Assembly: GCA_951406725.2 (NCBI GenBank)
Contig: OX597814.1
Location: 39,060,001 to 39,124,000, forward strand
Direction: 5' to 3'
Source of the DNA: Octopus vulgaris
Taxonomy: Eukaryota
Length of the DNA: 64,000 nucleotides
Of this stretch, positions 1 through 13,256 are shown in pieces. Below the pieces are notes generated by a model that saw only the letters and a list, made by a program, of their open reading frames with translations, was not told the DNA's origin and did not search any database. Both the position numbers and the translations under genes were made by a program. The first letter of the stretch is position 1. Each line of letters starts with the position of its first letter.

Positions 1-169
1 TACTTAGCGGTATTACGACTGTCTTAATGCACTGAGTTCAAATTATTTAGAGGTCAATTTTACCTTTTTTCCTTTTAGTGTCAATAAAATAAGTACCAGC
101 TCAGTACTGAGGTTGGTGTAATAGACTTCCCCCATCTCTCGAAGTTGACAGCCTTATGCTAAAAGTTGA

Positions 170-172
<3 letters not shown>
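1..172 (+). mobile_element. tRNA-derived SINE family B, degenerate, 5' end cut off by window edge
   Basis: Matches copies at 22101 and 54001: cttagcggtatt...gagttcaaatt (B-box-like)...gaggtcaatttt...aataaaataagtaccag; ends in (ATT)n. Confidence 0.7.
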
Positions 173-209
<37 letters not shown>

Positions 210-247
210 GTTAGTAGTAGTAGTAGTAGTAGTAGTAGCAGCAGCAG
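173..247. repeat. (ATT)n/(AGT)n/(AGC)n compound microsatellite
   Basis: Direct reading. Confidence 0.9.
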
Positions 248-1449
248 TGGTTAGGTATGGCATTACTGTTATGACAGAACTAGACATCACCATTATACTA
301 TGGTTTTGATACATATCTACTACAGCTATTTAGATACCGTGTAAAGTTAAACACACCAAACAAACTCACGGCTGTATATACGCATACGTATTTTTATGCT
401 TCATCGGGAGCCTGAACCCATACATACGTGTCTGTATTGTATTATAAACTTGGTTTGTCTAGATCTGTATAGACTGCTCTTCCTATGTTGTCTATTATCG
501 TCCTAGCTTTTCTGATATGTATAATTTAAAGAGGAAATGTCTACCAAACTAAGAAACTGCATTAAATCAGACATATATAAACACTCACTTACATGCATAC
601 AAATACTCGCGCATACACTTACATAACCTGAAACGCACAGATAAGCAAACATTATCACCTACACATACATACTAAGATAAACGTAGACAGATATTCTACT
701 CCCAGCTGAAATATAAGTATAAAATTTCAAGACAACTCTAGAGTGAAACGCTTATATTATTCCATATATTTATCTTCGTTTGTATTTTTTTTTTGTATAT
801 TTATTCGTTTTCTTTGTTTTCGTCAATCTCGCAATGTCATTGTATTGCTTATTCAAATATCGTCATTGAAAGAAGAAACATTTCTTTTGGAAGTATAATT
901 CCAGATTTGGCCGATAGAGAATTTACCCGTCAAAATAAGCCAGCTATATTGATCTAGCCGAAGTATACTTTACTGAACTTGTTAGGCAAAATTCCTGAAT
1001 TCTCCGGAGGAAATATTTTTGAGTCCTTCACTAAACATAATAGCCGACAACAATTTCTAACCCTCACTCTCAATTATTCTCTTTATTTCCTTTTTACTCT
1101 ATCGACTTCTCTGTCTTCGATTTCCTCATTGTCTCCCTCAGCGTTTCTTTCTTTCACATAAACACAAACATACGCGCACACGCCCACAGTCTTCTTATCT
1201 CTTTGACCACTTCTCCACTTCGACCTCTCTCTCTCTGTATCACTCTTAACTGTGTCACAAACTTTCTCTTTATTTATCGTTTGTGTATCAAGTTCTCTTA
1301 GGTATCAACTCATCAATATTCAAGTTTTGAAATATACTTGACGTTTAACCTTTGACCTTTCATTTACAACTGACATTTTCAGAAAGTTCGATGAAATATC
1401 TTCTGCTCTACTCAGGTTCAAATATTTGCTGACCGTTGTACTGACTGTC

Positions 1450-1453
<4 letters not shown>

Positions 1454-1533
<80 letters not shown>
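1454..1533. repeat. (CA)n microsatellite
   Basis: Direct reading, about 40 units. Confidence 0.95.
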
Positions 1534-1540
<7 letters not shown>

Positions 1541-1836
1541 ATAACAAACAAATAGAGACAGGTAGATAGGTAGATAGATGGACAGAAACGTTTAATATAT
1601 ATATATATATATATATTATATACACATACAAATACATATGAAATACGTAAATAAGCATATATTATTAATATATACACTTACATGCAAACGTTTATCCGAC
1701 GTGTATGTGTGTGTGTGTGATGTGTGTTTGTGTGTCTTTATATCAGTGTGTGTGTGTATGTGTGTATGTGTAAGGTGAAACAATTAAGATTAATGTGAAT
1801 ATTGATAAGTAGATTGATGTGTAGATACATAGGTAC

Positions 1837-1842
<6 letters not shown>

Positions 1843-1903
<61 letters not shown>
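1843..1903. repeat. (TA)n microsatellite
   Basis: Direct reading. Confidence 0.95.
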
Positions 1904-1912
<9 letters not shown>

Positions 1913-2992
1913 GTCTTTCTGAATATCTGTGCATTGCTTTGTATGTTTGCGTGTGTATGTAGTCATTTCTATATAATGTATGGAACCGACAGCACAAAAC
2001 AATAAAATGTATTTCGAATATTTTGTACAGCAAGTCTGGTTGAAGATTTGAATTACTATAAATTGAAAAATGACGTTTTCTCTTTTCTTACATAATTCTT
2101 TTTTTCTTCTTTCTCGTCTGCTTGTTTGTGTCTATCGTTTTTAACTAATCAATTTACTTTATTCAATACAACAACGCAAGCAACATATCTGTTTTCGTTA
2201 TTTTCAAAACGTTTATGCAATAAAAGAAGTCTTTACCCACGCCGTACCCATTTCTTAGGTTCTATATAACTGAAGTTTGGAACATGTAGTAAGGAATAAG
2301 TGTTGTTATATGGTGCAAGCTATAAATATCAGGATTTAACTGCAAGTTATAGTATTTATGTGAATGTTTACAATTTTCGAGAATGTATTTTGTGTTAACA
2401 TGCTTCGTTTGTTACTCGTTATGTTATCAGAGCTATCTCAAAGTATCATCACCACTGACATTACGACTGTATTTGAATATACACTGCATTATTAATTCTA
2501 ATCATATAGCTAATTATTTACTCCAATTACGGGGATATCCAGAAATAATTTTCGATAATCCCCCGCCTCAATCTATCGAGGCGTCATGCTCATAAAACTT
2601 TGAGGCATACAAACAAACATGCTTAGTTTCTATAAACAGTGACGTACCCAATATCGATGACATGGTAATGTATAGACAGTAAACAGTGCAATGCACAATG
2701 GTCCACTAAACGGTCGTATGAACAAACAAGACATGCAATAATATGACTTCGCTTCTATGAGTAGCAGAGTTAAAGTATTTATACACTCTTTGAATTCGAG
2801 GTTCCACAATAACTGGTATCATTTCATGGTTAATGCAGCTCTATAACATGACTAATATCAAAGAAACTACTCGTCTCTCTTCGGAATTAGTTGAACTTTG
2901 AACAATTTGCCAGAATTTTCTAGGCAACGTTTCTAGCAAATGAGAAATTACTTCCATATCTACGACGGTGTTTAGAATATGCCGATATATTT

Positions 2993-3023
<31 letters not shown>

Positions 3024-3816
3024 AGCATACACACACAGAGAAACATTGATGGATAGCTAAAGATGTGTGTGTGTGTATAAATGTGTGCGCTGTATGCGTA
3101 TACGTGTGTGCGACTATGTATATGGGTCGATGTTGATATCAAAATGTTGTTTTATTTAGAGCGTTTGAATATATAATCGAAAAATAATTATAGAACTCAA
3201 TACATACTCGTGTTGTTTTTTAAGTAACCCCGATAACAGAAAGTTTTTGGACTGTTACATGTTGCAACAAATATGCCCCTCTATAATGTTCTAGTCTTCT
3301 ACATGGCACTGGATTCCACTGTCCTAAACTCATATTTTACCTGACCTAAAGAAATCCTATTTTCTTATTCTCTGAATTCTGCTACAGTTCAGTTTCTGGC
3401 AGATTCTATCCAATAAAACTTTAATTGCAGGTAATAGCTTGCTGAAGATGTTGAACAACAACTGTACTAATTGTATTGCTATTGAAGAAGAGGTGGGTGT
3501 ACAAGATGATATCCATCCCGATACATTTGATAAGATTGCGGGTTAGACTTGCGAAATAGCTTCAAATGATTGCGAGGGTAATTCAAATATTTGAGACTTA
3601 CCAATAACAAAACAATGCGCCCCACCTCATAAGACTCAGCACAAGCAAGGAAAATTTGTATTAGTAATTCTTTAAAGGTAGTATAACTACCTACTCAAGT
3701 AATCTACTCTCAATATAATAAATGGAGATGCTGAAATTCTAGCAATATAAAGGAGCTAATATATACATATATATGTATATGTGATATCCGAAAACATACT
3801 TAAAAAAGCTCAGAAA

Positions 3817-4110
3817 TTATGAGTATATTTGGTAGACGAAAACTGAAAGAGGATTGTCATGTGTGTGTGTGTGTGCGTGCGTGCGTTCGTGTATCTTTCT
3901 GTGAATCCGTTTGCTTCTCTATCACTTCTTTACACTAATGTTGGTGTGTTTACACCAACCTTCGCAGTTCGGCACAATTAACCGATAGAATTAATAATAG
4001 GTTTTAAAAAATTAAGTCCTAACGTCCATTTGCTTGATTAAAGCCTTCAAAGCGGTGCTCCAGCAAGGCCACAAACAGATGAGGGAAACAATTAAAAGAA
4101 TAAGAGAATA
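3817..4110 (+). mobile_element. SINE family A, 5'-truncated degenerate copy
   Basis: tttggtagacgaaaactgaaaga, internal (TG)n, gttcggca...accgatagaat and tail aaagcggtgctccagcaaggccac all match the copy at 18128-18502. Confidence 0.8.
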
Positions 4111-4116
4111 CACATG

Positions 4117-4322
4117 TAGAGGGTGTAAATAAATTGTCTTTATAATCCACAATTTACCAACTAGATATTTTGTGTGAGACCGAGGCATCCTACGTGGAAG
4201 TGTTCTAGTCTTTCTAATAACACTTCCTTTGTTTGCCAATAAACTCTGCTAAGTTAACCTTATTTTCCATTTCCTTTTTCTTAATTTTTCAACTTGTGAA
4301 GGCAATTTCTGGACATCCACTA
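4117..4322. mobile_element. Tc1/mariner-type MITE (decayed)
   Basis: TA-flanked imperfect terminal inverted repeats: gagggtgtaaataaattgtctttata vs reverse complement of right end gtggatgtccagaaattgccttcaca. Confidence 0.5.
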
Positions 4323-5194
4323 TATACATATATCAATGTAAAGATAAGTGCGTGTGGATTCGCTACAATATTTGCATTTATAGGGACATGCGAGTGTATG
4401 TTTTATATGTGAAGCAATTAATTTTGATTTTGTACGTCTACTCATTGCATGAATAATTTAATGCTTAACTTGAAAAGCATTTCAAGCAGTTTAAATACAG
4501 TGAGTCATATATCGATGTAAGTATAGCTACAATACGCAGTTTACTGAAGTTCCAGATATCCAGTCAAATATTTTGCCCCAATACACATGTCGCGTTAATT
4601 CTCATCTCACATATATAAGCATGTATGTGCACATGAAGATAAATATAATGCATGCATACATACGTACATACGTATCTAGTTGTATGCATATGACCATATA
4701 TTTGGATGTGCGTGTCTGCGCGAGTATGTATATGTGTATATACATCTGTCTATGTAAATGTACGTCTAAGCACGAACACAAAAAAAAATTTCGTCTGAGA
4801 ATTATCTCACTTTCGACTTCTATTTCTTTTTCTTTATTTTAACAGTTATAGCAGCGAAGGCTCATTGAGTCATTTTCTCTAATTTAGAATGTATAATTTT
4901 CATGTTCATACTTGAAATTTTTGCGTTTCACTAATTTTTCTCTGTTTTTACTCATTCGCGAATTTGATGGACGTATAGCGTTAGGAAGCCGACTCACAAA
5001 ATCTCTACTGAGACGTTTTAGTAAGGAACGCGAAGAGATGCAGAACGGGTGAAAACATGTGTCCTACCCAACAAAGTCTATTACACATTTCATCTAGTTT
5101 ATTAATACAATATATATGTGTGTATGTGTGTGTGCATATATATATATATATGTATGTATGTAAGTATGTATGAATGTAAGTATGTATGTATACA

Positions 5195-5685
5195 AACCTA
5201 CCTCTCCTAGGCACTATTCTCCGAGTCTTCCGGCGACTCCAGTCCCGCCACACCACTTTGCACATCTACCCCAAACGACCCCTTCCCTCCTTCAAACGAG
5301 GCCACTAAGCGACCACTTCCCAGCACACACACCATCATCCTCACAACTACACTTACAAAAACGCACATGTCAAGATCACCAGCCCCTTCCACGCGCTCAT
5401 ACACGCTCCCACATACCGTTACTTTATTATCACTACTACTTTATTATCTCCCCTTCTTCCTCGACTTCCTGTGTTACCCCTCTGTCCGGCTTTCGCCATG
5501 ACAAATCACGAGCCACTCAACCTTTTTCTATTTTCCCTTCCTGTGGATATATGTGTTCCCTTCTGTTGAAGAGCGTAGGCTTGAAACGTAAAAGGCCTTT
5601 TTTCTTCCCGAGCGTTAAACTAATACATCTGTTTGCAATTTACACACCCGTCTTCGTCTCTTTTGTTTTGTAAATTCTCACTATA
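5195..5685 (+). mobile_element. Penelope-like element 3' end/pseudo-LTR remnant with hammerhead-like motif (~5558-5595)
   Basis: Last ~150 bp homologous to 41790-41950 (gaagagcgtaggct(t/c)gaaacgtaaaa...gagc(g/a)tta(a/t)actaata...aattctc); C-rich upstream; ends in (TA)n. Confidence 0.55.
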
Positions 5686-5850
5686 TATTTTATGTATGTA
5701 TATGTGTGTGTATGTGTGAGACAAAGAATAGAAAATATGTAGTTTTTCATTCCATGTTACTAATATCATCATTGTTCTTATTAGTATTACTATTATAATT
5801 GTTAATGTTCTTCTTCTTTTTCTTCTCCTTCTCCTTCTTCTTATTTTCTT

Positions 5851-5852
<2 letters not shown>

Positions 5853-5882
<30 letters not shown>

Positions 5883-5998
5883 CATTATTATTATTATCAT
5901 TATTATTATTTTTGTTATTATTGTTATTATTATTTTTTTTTTGTTATTATTTTTATTATTATTATTTTTTTGTTATTATTGTTATTATTATTATTATT

Positions 5999-6045
<47 letters not shown>

Positions 6046-6110
6046 GATTATTATTATCATTATTATTATTATTATCCTCATCATCATGAACTCCATCATC
6101 TTCATCATCA
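5853..6110. repeat. (TTA)n/(CAT)n degenerate microsatellite
   Basis: Direct reading; source of the poly-L/Y/I/N ORFs. Confidence 0.9.
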
Positions 6111-6605
6111 TGTGATGAAAACTTACAGCATATTTTGCTGAGTATGAGGGAAAGTGTCACCTGTCCACCGCCAGCAGACCATAGTGAGATTTCTTTACGG
6201 GTCATGCATGAAGATCCCTGTGAAGAATTCTTGCATTTCCGAGCATTGGTGATTTTTGAAGGTGCTCTACCTTCACACATATACCAATCATTTACAGTTA
6301 TGTTGATAGTTGAAAGTTGTGCAAAATTACTATTGCTAAAACATCTATTCTGCCCATTGAGCACAAATTTCGTATTTCCCACTTGAAATCATCGTAGTTG
6401 TTTATTTTTCTTCCTCTTTCACGTTGTCATCAGAGCTTTCTATGTTGTCACCTCCTGTTGTCACCGGAGCTTTCTATGTTGATTATCATGCATGCTCTGT
6501 ATTTTTTCTCCCTACAACCGTGTCCGGTTCCTGAAGTTTGGTAAGGTGATCGCACTGAATCATTGCATCTCAGAGGAATTTGTAATTCTCATTCTCGGTG
6601 AGAAT
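6111..6605 (-). mobile_element. R4/Dong-type LINE 3' fragment (restriction-like endonuclease + probable 3' UTR)
   Basis: Minus-strand translation [27 protein letters not shown]...MIINI...VKEEEKINNYDDFKWEI resembles the RLE motif ENxxxKILWDxxIQCDHxIxxRRPDIVV...EKIxKYxDL. Confidence 0.65.
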
Positions 6606-6609
6606 TGCA

Positions 6610-6660
6610 ATATATATATATATATATATTTATATATATGTATGTATGTATATATGTATA

Positions 6661-6697
<37 letters not shown>

Positions 6698-6760
6698 GTA
6701 TGTATATATGTATATATATATATATCTATATATGTATGTATGTATGTATGTATTTATGTT
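6610..6760. repeat. (TA)n/(TATG)n microsatellite
   Basis: Direct reading. Confidence 0.9.
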
Positions 6761-6842
6761 TGTATAAATGTGCTTACATAACATTGAATTATAATATAAG
6801 CAAACGTATTTTGAGTGAAGTAATTATTTATGCGCATGAATG

Positions 6843-6900
6843 TTGTGCTCCAGCATGGCTACTGTCATTAGCCTGAAGCATATAAATGAATAAAAGAATA
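6843..6900 (+). mobile_element. Isolated SINE family A / CR1 3' tail
   Basis: gtgctccagcatggctactgtcattagcctgaagca...taaaagaata matches the family A tail. Confidence 0.6.
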
Positions 6901-7954
6901 TATTTTACTCAGCGGTAGATTTATCTATAAAGTCATGGCCATTACGTGTTTCATGATGACTATTTTTCGATACACAATATACGAGGTTATGCCTTTAAAC
7001 GTTCCATCCTCTTCCTGTGTAGGCATAAGTGTTCCAACCTATTATTCTGAGACTGAGTTTGTATATTTATGTATGCATGAAATGCATGTCTATGTAAATA
7101 TTCCAAGAACGGTTGTGACAGAACGCGTGAATACGTATTCACAGCACATATTGAGTTTTCACGGCGGTGCCAAACACAATTCTAACAAATTATAAAGATG
7201 TGTTAAATTTATTCCTCGCGTTCTTATACGTAATGTGCGTGTGCGGGAATTGTGTGTGTATGTATGTGTATATGCGTATGCTTGTGTGTAAGTGTGAGCG
7301 TGCGTGTGTGTACTTATGTCTTCGCCCAAATAAGCGTGCAATTATTTCTTCATCCAAATATTCTTATACACTATTCCATATGTAGATGCGTAATTATCAC
7401 AAAATATGACCGAAGACTTCATCCACTCGGAACTTAATGCTGAGGTCTTCACATTTTTCTCAAACATCTTTCTTGTCTATTCCATACTTTGTTATATTGC
7501 CGTAACCTTTTATTCTTTCTCAAACGTTTATTCATCTGTGTGGCATATTATAAAGGACATTTTCTTGTCATAATTGTTCACGATATTTATGATATTCATT
7601 TTATATATTAAATATGACCATTCACCATAACCTCCACGAATGGCATTTACTCGTTCAAGTAACAAAAGCAAAACACTACATTGTAGATTCTACGTTCGTT
7701 TTTCAAACAAAACATGAGATGTGTCTAAATATCCAATAGTACTCTAGGGATATTTCAAGTATTCCCTTCAATATTTTGGTATTTTCATGTATATTTTCGT
7801 AATATTTTCGTATTCTTCATGCACATCTTTTTGAAGTTTAAATATTCATGCTAGCTTTCTATGAGATTATTTTCTTCTGTGACGGTGTGCGCGTGTAATG
7901 TGTCCATATGCATATTTAAAATGTATATAAATAGTTATAGATATACATATAAAT

Positions 7955-7993
<39 letters not shown>

Positions 7994-8003
7994 CGCACAT
8001 ACG

Positions 8004-8047
<44 letters not shown>

Positions 8048-8095
8048 ATAATATATGTGTGTGTATTTGTGTGTGTGTGTGTGTGTGTGTGTGTA
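7955..8095. repeat. (TA)n and (TG)n microsatellites
   Basis: Direct reading. Confidence 0.9.
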
Positions 8096-10561
8096 TTTGT
8101 TGCCGTAGTTTTACTGTAAATTCTAAATACTTTGAAATTTAGTGTATTTTTAACAACATTCAGATTGCAGAAAAATATTAAAATACTCCGTCTTATATTA
8201 TGTACTATTGTAGGTATGTGTTTGATATAGAGATAGTGAAACAAAATAATTCACCACTAGACACATATCTAATGTTTGTGTGCACAATTGTTAAACGATT
8301 CACATTCAGCGACCTGTAATTCTCAGGAATCGGTAAATAGGTGGAGGTAAATTATAGTCTTCAATATTAGGACAACAGTATGCATAGTTATATGGACCGA
8401 TTTAATCAATTTGTAAGATTTAAGTAGATTTAATCGACTGGTAAGATTTCACCATATGTTTAAAAACATCCATAAGCCAGGACATGATATATTTAAAACA
8501 CTTCTTGTGTCTTTCTTTATAATATGTTATAGCAGTAAATCCTTCGAGGCATCCAAGTTATTTAGAATTAGCCTATTGATCATCGTCTTAAAAACGGTGC
8601 TTACAATTGTTATTGCATACAATATATGTATTTTTTTATATCTGATGAAACATTTTACTTAAATTCATTTTATTCTTTCAGATCCGTCAAACAATCAAAG
8701 AAAATTGCTGACTCAAGCAAAGGTAACGAGTTTCTCATTATTTATATACTACAATTTATTCAAGGAATTTATTTGTATTCAAGTATATTCACTTTCCCGC
8801 CAATGACGTTTACATAACATATTTATCTCATGAAAATGTAGTGATTTTTCTTCGTATGTATTTCATTCTGGAAAAATATTACAAATATATTTCATTCTAT
8901 GAAACAAAGAACGAAATTATTATTATCATGCACATGAATTTGGCAGCTAAAATCTATAAAAACAAATAACTGCTGCTGCTGAGAAGATCTTCGTTGTGAG
9001 GTAGTGTGGCAAATATGCTTTAAAAAATTCACTGGACTGTTATCAGTGTTTTCATGTGTCAAATTTGCTTGAATATGTCTTTCTTTCGAAGTTAATCCCT
9101 GAATCTAATTCCAGCACGTAGCGTTTAAAATTCTACGACAGTGAATGAAACACAACTAACGAGTTAATAATGTGGTTATTAGAGATATGGGATTAAGAAT
9201 AATATATTTTAGCTATGTGTAGTGGTCGAGAAAATAATAAATAAGGCCTTTCATGCAGAAACTTTATTTCCTTTCTAGGAATAGCAACGTTTCAAAATAC
9301 AAAGGCATAGGAACCATCCAGTATATTTGCTTCATATATAGAACATATTTTAAGTACTTGTATCAGTGCGAGAATACAGTTTGTATGAAATGTATTTTAA
9401 CATCAAACCGGGAATTTATAAATGTATATTCTTTTCTATGCATGCGTTACGCGAAATAATTATGATTCTCAGTTTTAAACAAATTATTTCTCTCCCAAGG
9501 ATTTCATTATCAAGATCTCCACCCTATATTAATCCGCAGAAAAAACCGTTTTAGGCAGTGAGCCGATTTACCCTTCAATACCTCGTAAATTGTTTGAAAA
9601 TTTAAAATTAAGAAAATTGAGTTGCTTTGGGTATGATTTAATTTACGAAATCTCGCAAAATATCTTTCCATATTAAGAGGAATCATTATAGAAATGAGAG
9701 TTTAGTAAAAGCAAAATATTGCAAAACAAATATACAAAGCACGAATCGTTGACTAATATCAGCATAAAATTATCAAGAAACTCTAAGGGATAATTCCACA
9801 GATACAGATAAAGGAAATATGGAATGTAAGAAATGTACTTACAATTAATTTTAATTTATAAATACAAAAAAACAGGGGATTTTTCGAACAGAAGGAAACA
9901 CTTTCAATAATCTTTTGAAATTTTTACTTAGAAAATGTCAAAAAGCATTGTCGAATAATTCACGCAAATCAATTTGCTGCACAGTCATAAACTCACGCAT
10001 ACAGAAATGCAATTCATATCTCTTCATGTGTGTAATAATCGACACATTATTAATCAGAATAATAGCATAACTTAGCAAGAGAAATAATATTTTTAAGCTT
10101 ATAAACATGGAAATATATAGCGGAAGTTATTACACTCGGAAAAGTTCAGGACAAGTTACTACATCGGATAAAGTACAGAACAAGACAATTTTTACTTAAA
10201 ATATTGCAGCTACAGGTAAGATTCGAATATTAAAAAATAAACATTTGATTTTAATTTACAAAGTAACATTTTAATTTTAACATTTTGTTAGAATATTAAC
10301 ACGCTAGAATACTTATTAAACGAGAGCCAGATATACCAATATAGCTATATTTTTGTGTAAAGTGGATAAACATATACCGGAGGCAGATTCATTATGTAAA
10401 AATAGGTATTGGGTCAAGACTAAAAATGAGAAGACTTGGCAATAACTTTGTTAATAACTCAAGCAAATTTTACTTTGAACTTTTGTTATTGGTAGATTTT
10501 ATTGTAATATATGAAAAAAATTGTATCCTTCTGTTTATTGTACTAACAAATTATGTTCTTT

Positions 10562-10788
10562 GGAGGCGCAATGGCCCAGTTGTTAGGGCAGCGAACTTGC
10601 GGTCATTGGATTGCGGGTTCGATTCCCAGACTGGGTGTTGTGAGTGTTTATTGAGCGAAAATACCTAAAGCTCCACAAGGCTCCGGCAGGGGATGGTGGC
10701 GAACCCTGCTGTACTCTTTCACCCTAAAGGCGGTGCTCCAGCATGGCCGCAGTCAAATGACTGAAACAAGCAAAAGAGTAAAAGAGTA
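10562..10788 (+). mobile_element. tRNA-derived SINE with a distinct head joined to the family A tail (chimera)
   Basis: Pol III A box TGGCCCAGTTGTTAG and B box GGTTCGATTCC; from ~10724 ctaaaggcggtgctccagcatggccgcagtcaaatgactgaaac(aaaagagt)n. Confidence 0.85.
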
Positions 10789-12120
10789 CTAGTATTATTT
10801 TTATAACCTATTTTCCAATTTCTAATCATTAATTTTTTTAAAAAAATTTTTGTAAGTGCATAAGAGTATTTTAATTGAGTCATATTTTAAATTTTTAATA
10901 GAAGTAATAACAAATAGAAGTAATAGATTGTAATAAAATTTTTAGTGTTGATAAATGCTAATATTTTCTAAATCTAAATATTGTATTTGAAATTTTATCC
11001 TCTGCTGATATAGTTTACGTCAAAATTTTCTTGTTCTTTACTTTTCCAGGTTTATAATCTTAAGAATTATTCTTGCTTGCATTTTTTAAATATAATATAT
11101 GTGTGCACGCGCGCATGTGTATACTGTTAACAAGAGTCGGAATGCATGGCGTTCATTTACTCAATAGATGAAAAATATATAAAGTTCTACAAAACATTCA
11201 CGTAGGAAAGCCTCAGAAGGACCGTAATTCTTCATCAGTTGTCGACCAAAAAATTATTCTATTATTCTGTTTCATGCCTTTAATAATAAGACTGAGAATT
11301 TCGTATATTGGTAGCACTCACAAGATTTGCGTAGAATTAGGGCTCGAACAAAGAAGACAGAACAGGATGGATGTACGAAAGTAAACAAATATAACTTCAA
11401 ACGATATACGGAGCAAATTAAGCCTCTGTCGTTTCAAATTACATTTGTTTACCGCCGATACAAGAAGTTCTGTCATAGTTAAATGCAAGAAATTGAGGAT
11501 TAGTATCTTTCCGTCGATAATTGGTGGCACAATCCATTTGTGTCTGTCCTACGTGTACGGTTAGTAGTATTTAACGCATTGTTCCTATGTATGTGTCTGC
11601 ACGTTACAGTATGTATGTTTTTATGGCAATAAATAAATAAAATGACCATCCCGAAATACAAGTACATCTCATTCAACTCACGATTTCACATCATGAATCT
11701 CGCAAAACGAATTGATAAGTGTGTGTGTGTGTCTGTGTGTTAGTGTGAGTGTGTGTGTGTATTCGCATTTCGATCGAGTACCCAATTAAGACGGGATCTC
11801 CGAATGGCAATGTAAAGGTTTTATAATCGAGATCTTCATTCTGACGTGTAGCTTGAGGACTACCTCTTGATTGGTTGATTAACCCTCTCCGCGGAACTTC
11901 TAACTATGAAGTATATGTAGCCTGGGTTTTATCTACTCCATTTACTAATTTTTGAAAACTTATTCTCATATACAAAGTCTTTCGCTATACTTTTTTCAGC
12001 TTATCGTACAACGATAATTCCCAATGAACCACGATTATTCCTCAAAGTTGTTTTTCATTTCTTCTACTGATTGGTTAGCTCACTAAATTCCTACACCTTG
12101 ATCATTGTAGGATTTTAACT

Positions 12121-12122
<2 letters not shown>

Positions 12123-12164
<42 letters not shown>
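12123..12164. repeat. (TA)n microsatellite
   Basis: Direct reading. Confidence 0.9.
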
Positions 12165-12167
<3 letters not shown>

Positions 12168-12511
12168 CGTGTGTATGTGTGTGCGCGCACGTTCGGACGC
12201 GCGTGTCCGTCTGCGCTTGTACATATCGTTTTATTTATTAAAAGTGAAACATTCAGGTAGATAATTTGTCTCGAAACACGAGATTCATTGAAACTTTCAG
12301 GCGAAACAATTCATCGACAGGATATGCGCTCAAGACATATCAGAATAGGAAATTAGATTAGAGCAAAGGCATATTCGTCAGGCGACACTAGCCTGTATCT
12401 CCAGTCGTAAGATTAACGCTTTTCTTCAGGTTTAATTTTAAGAATCTATCCTCCACAAAATCTATTGAGCATTCCTCTTTTCTCATTTGTTCGTTATTAA
12501 GCTACACTAAC

Positions 12512-12515
<4 letters not shown>

Positions 12516-12577
<62 letters not shown>

Positions 12578-12640
12578 GTGTGTTTGTGTGTGTGTGTTTG
12601 TTTGTGTGTGTATGTGTGTCTGTGTGTGTATGTGTGTGCG
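12516..12640. repeat. (TA)n then (TG)n-type microsatellite
   Basis: Direct reading. Confidence 0.9.
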
Positions 12641-12648
12641 TTTATGTA

Positions 12649-12825
12649 ATACAGTTCTATATATGAGAGATGAGGAATTACGTACCTTATTTACATTTGA
12701 CGGATATTTGTCTGCTTGTTTATTTTTAACATAACGTCTCGGCTGATGCACTCTCCAGGCTTCATCAGGTGTCCTGGGAGAATTTCGAACCTGGGTTCTC
12801 ATCCCTCAGGTATTTTTTGATGTTG

Positions 12826-12863
<38 letters not shown>

Positions 12864-13043
12864 ATTATTATTATTATTATTATTATTATAACAACAACAT
12901 CGGAAAGATACCTTTAGAATGAGAACCCATATTCGGAATTCACCCAGAACACCTGATGAAGGCTGGAGAGTACATCAGCCGAAATGAAATGTTATGTTAA
13001 CAACAGACATGATGAGGACAAATATCCGTCAACTGTAAATAAT
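12649..13043. mobile_element. Inverted-repeat Penelope-like terminal cassette, copy 1: ~140-bp arms around an (ATT)n spacer, each arm with a decayed hammerhead motif
   Basis: Left arm ttatttacatttgacggatatttg...ggctgatgcactctccaggcttcatcaggtgtc...; right arm acacctgatgaaggctggagagtacatcagccgaaat...aaatatccgtcaactgtaaataa; homologous to 46231-46564. Confidence 0.8.
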
Positions 13044-13177
13044 ATATATTTGTATATGTGTGTTTGTAGAGATAGAAAGATAGATAGATAGATAGATAGT
13101 TATATGTAAATCTATACATATATACAGGCATTCAAGTGTCTGTGTGTGTTCTTTGTTTATGTGTGTGTTCATATGTG

Positions 13178-13256
13178 TATAATTGTAAATATATTACAAA
13201 TATATAATTGTATATATATTACAAATATATCATTGTATATATATTACAAAATATAT
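13178..13256. repeat. ~25-bp AT-rich minisatellite, about 3 copies
   Basis: attgtatatatattacaaatatat repeated. Confidence 0.75.

Noticed and set aside
5170-5673. 167-aa P/S/H-rich ORF
   Set aside because: It starts in a (TATG)n tract, runs through a C-rich repeat remnant and has no recognisable domain.
10562-10635. Possible tRNA gene
   Set aside because: A and B boxes are present, but the acceptor stem does not close and the sequence continues into a SINE body and tail.
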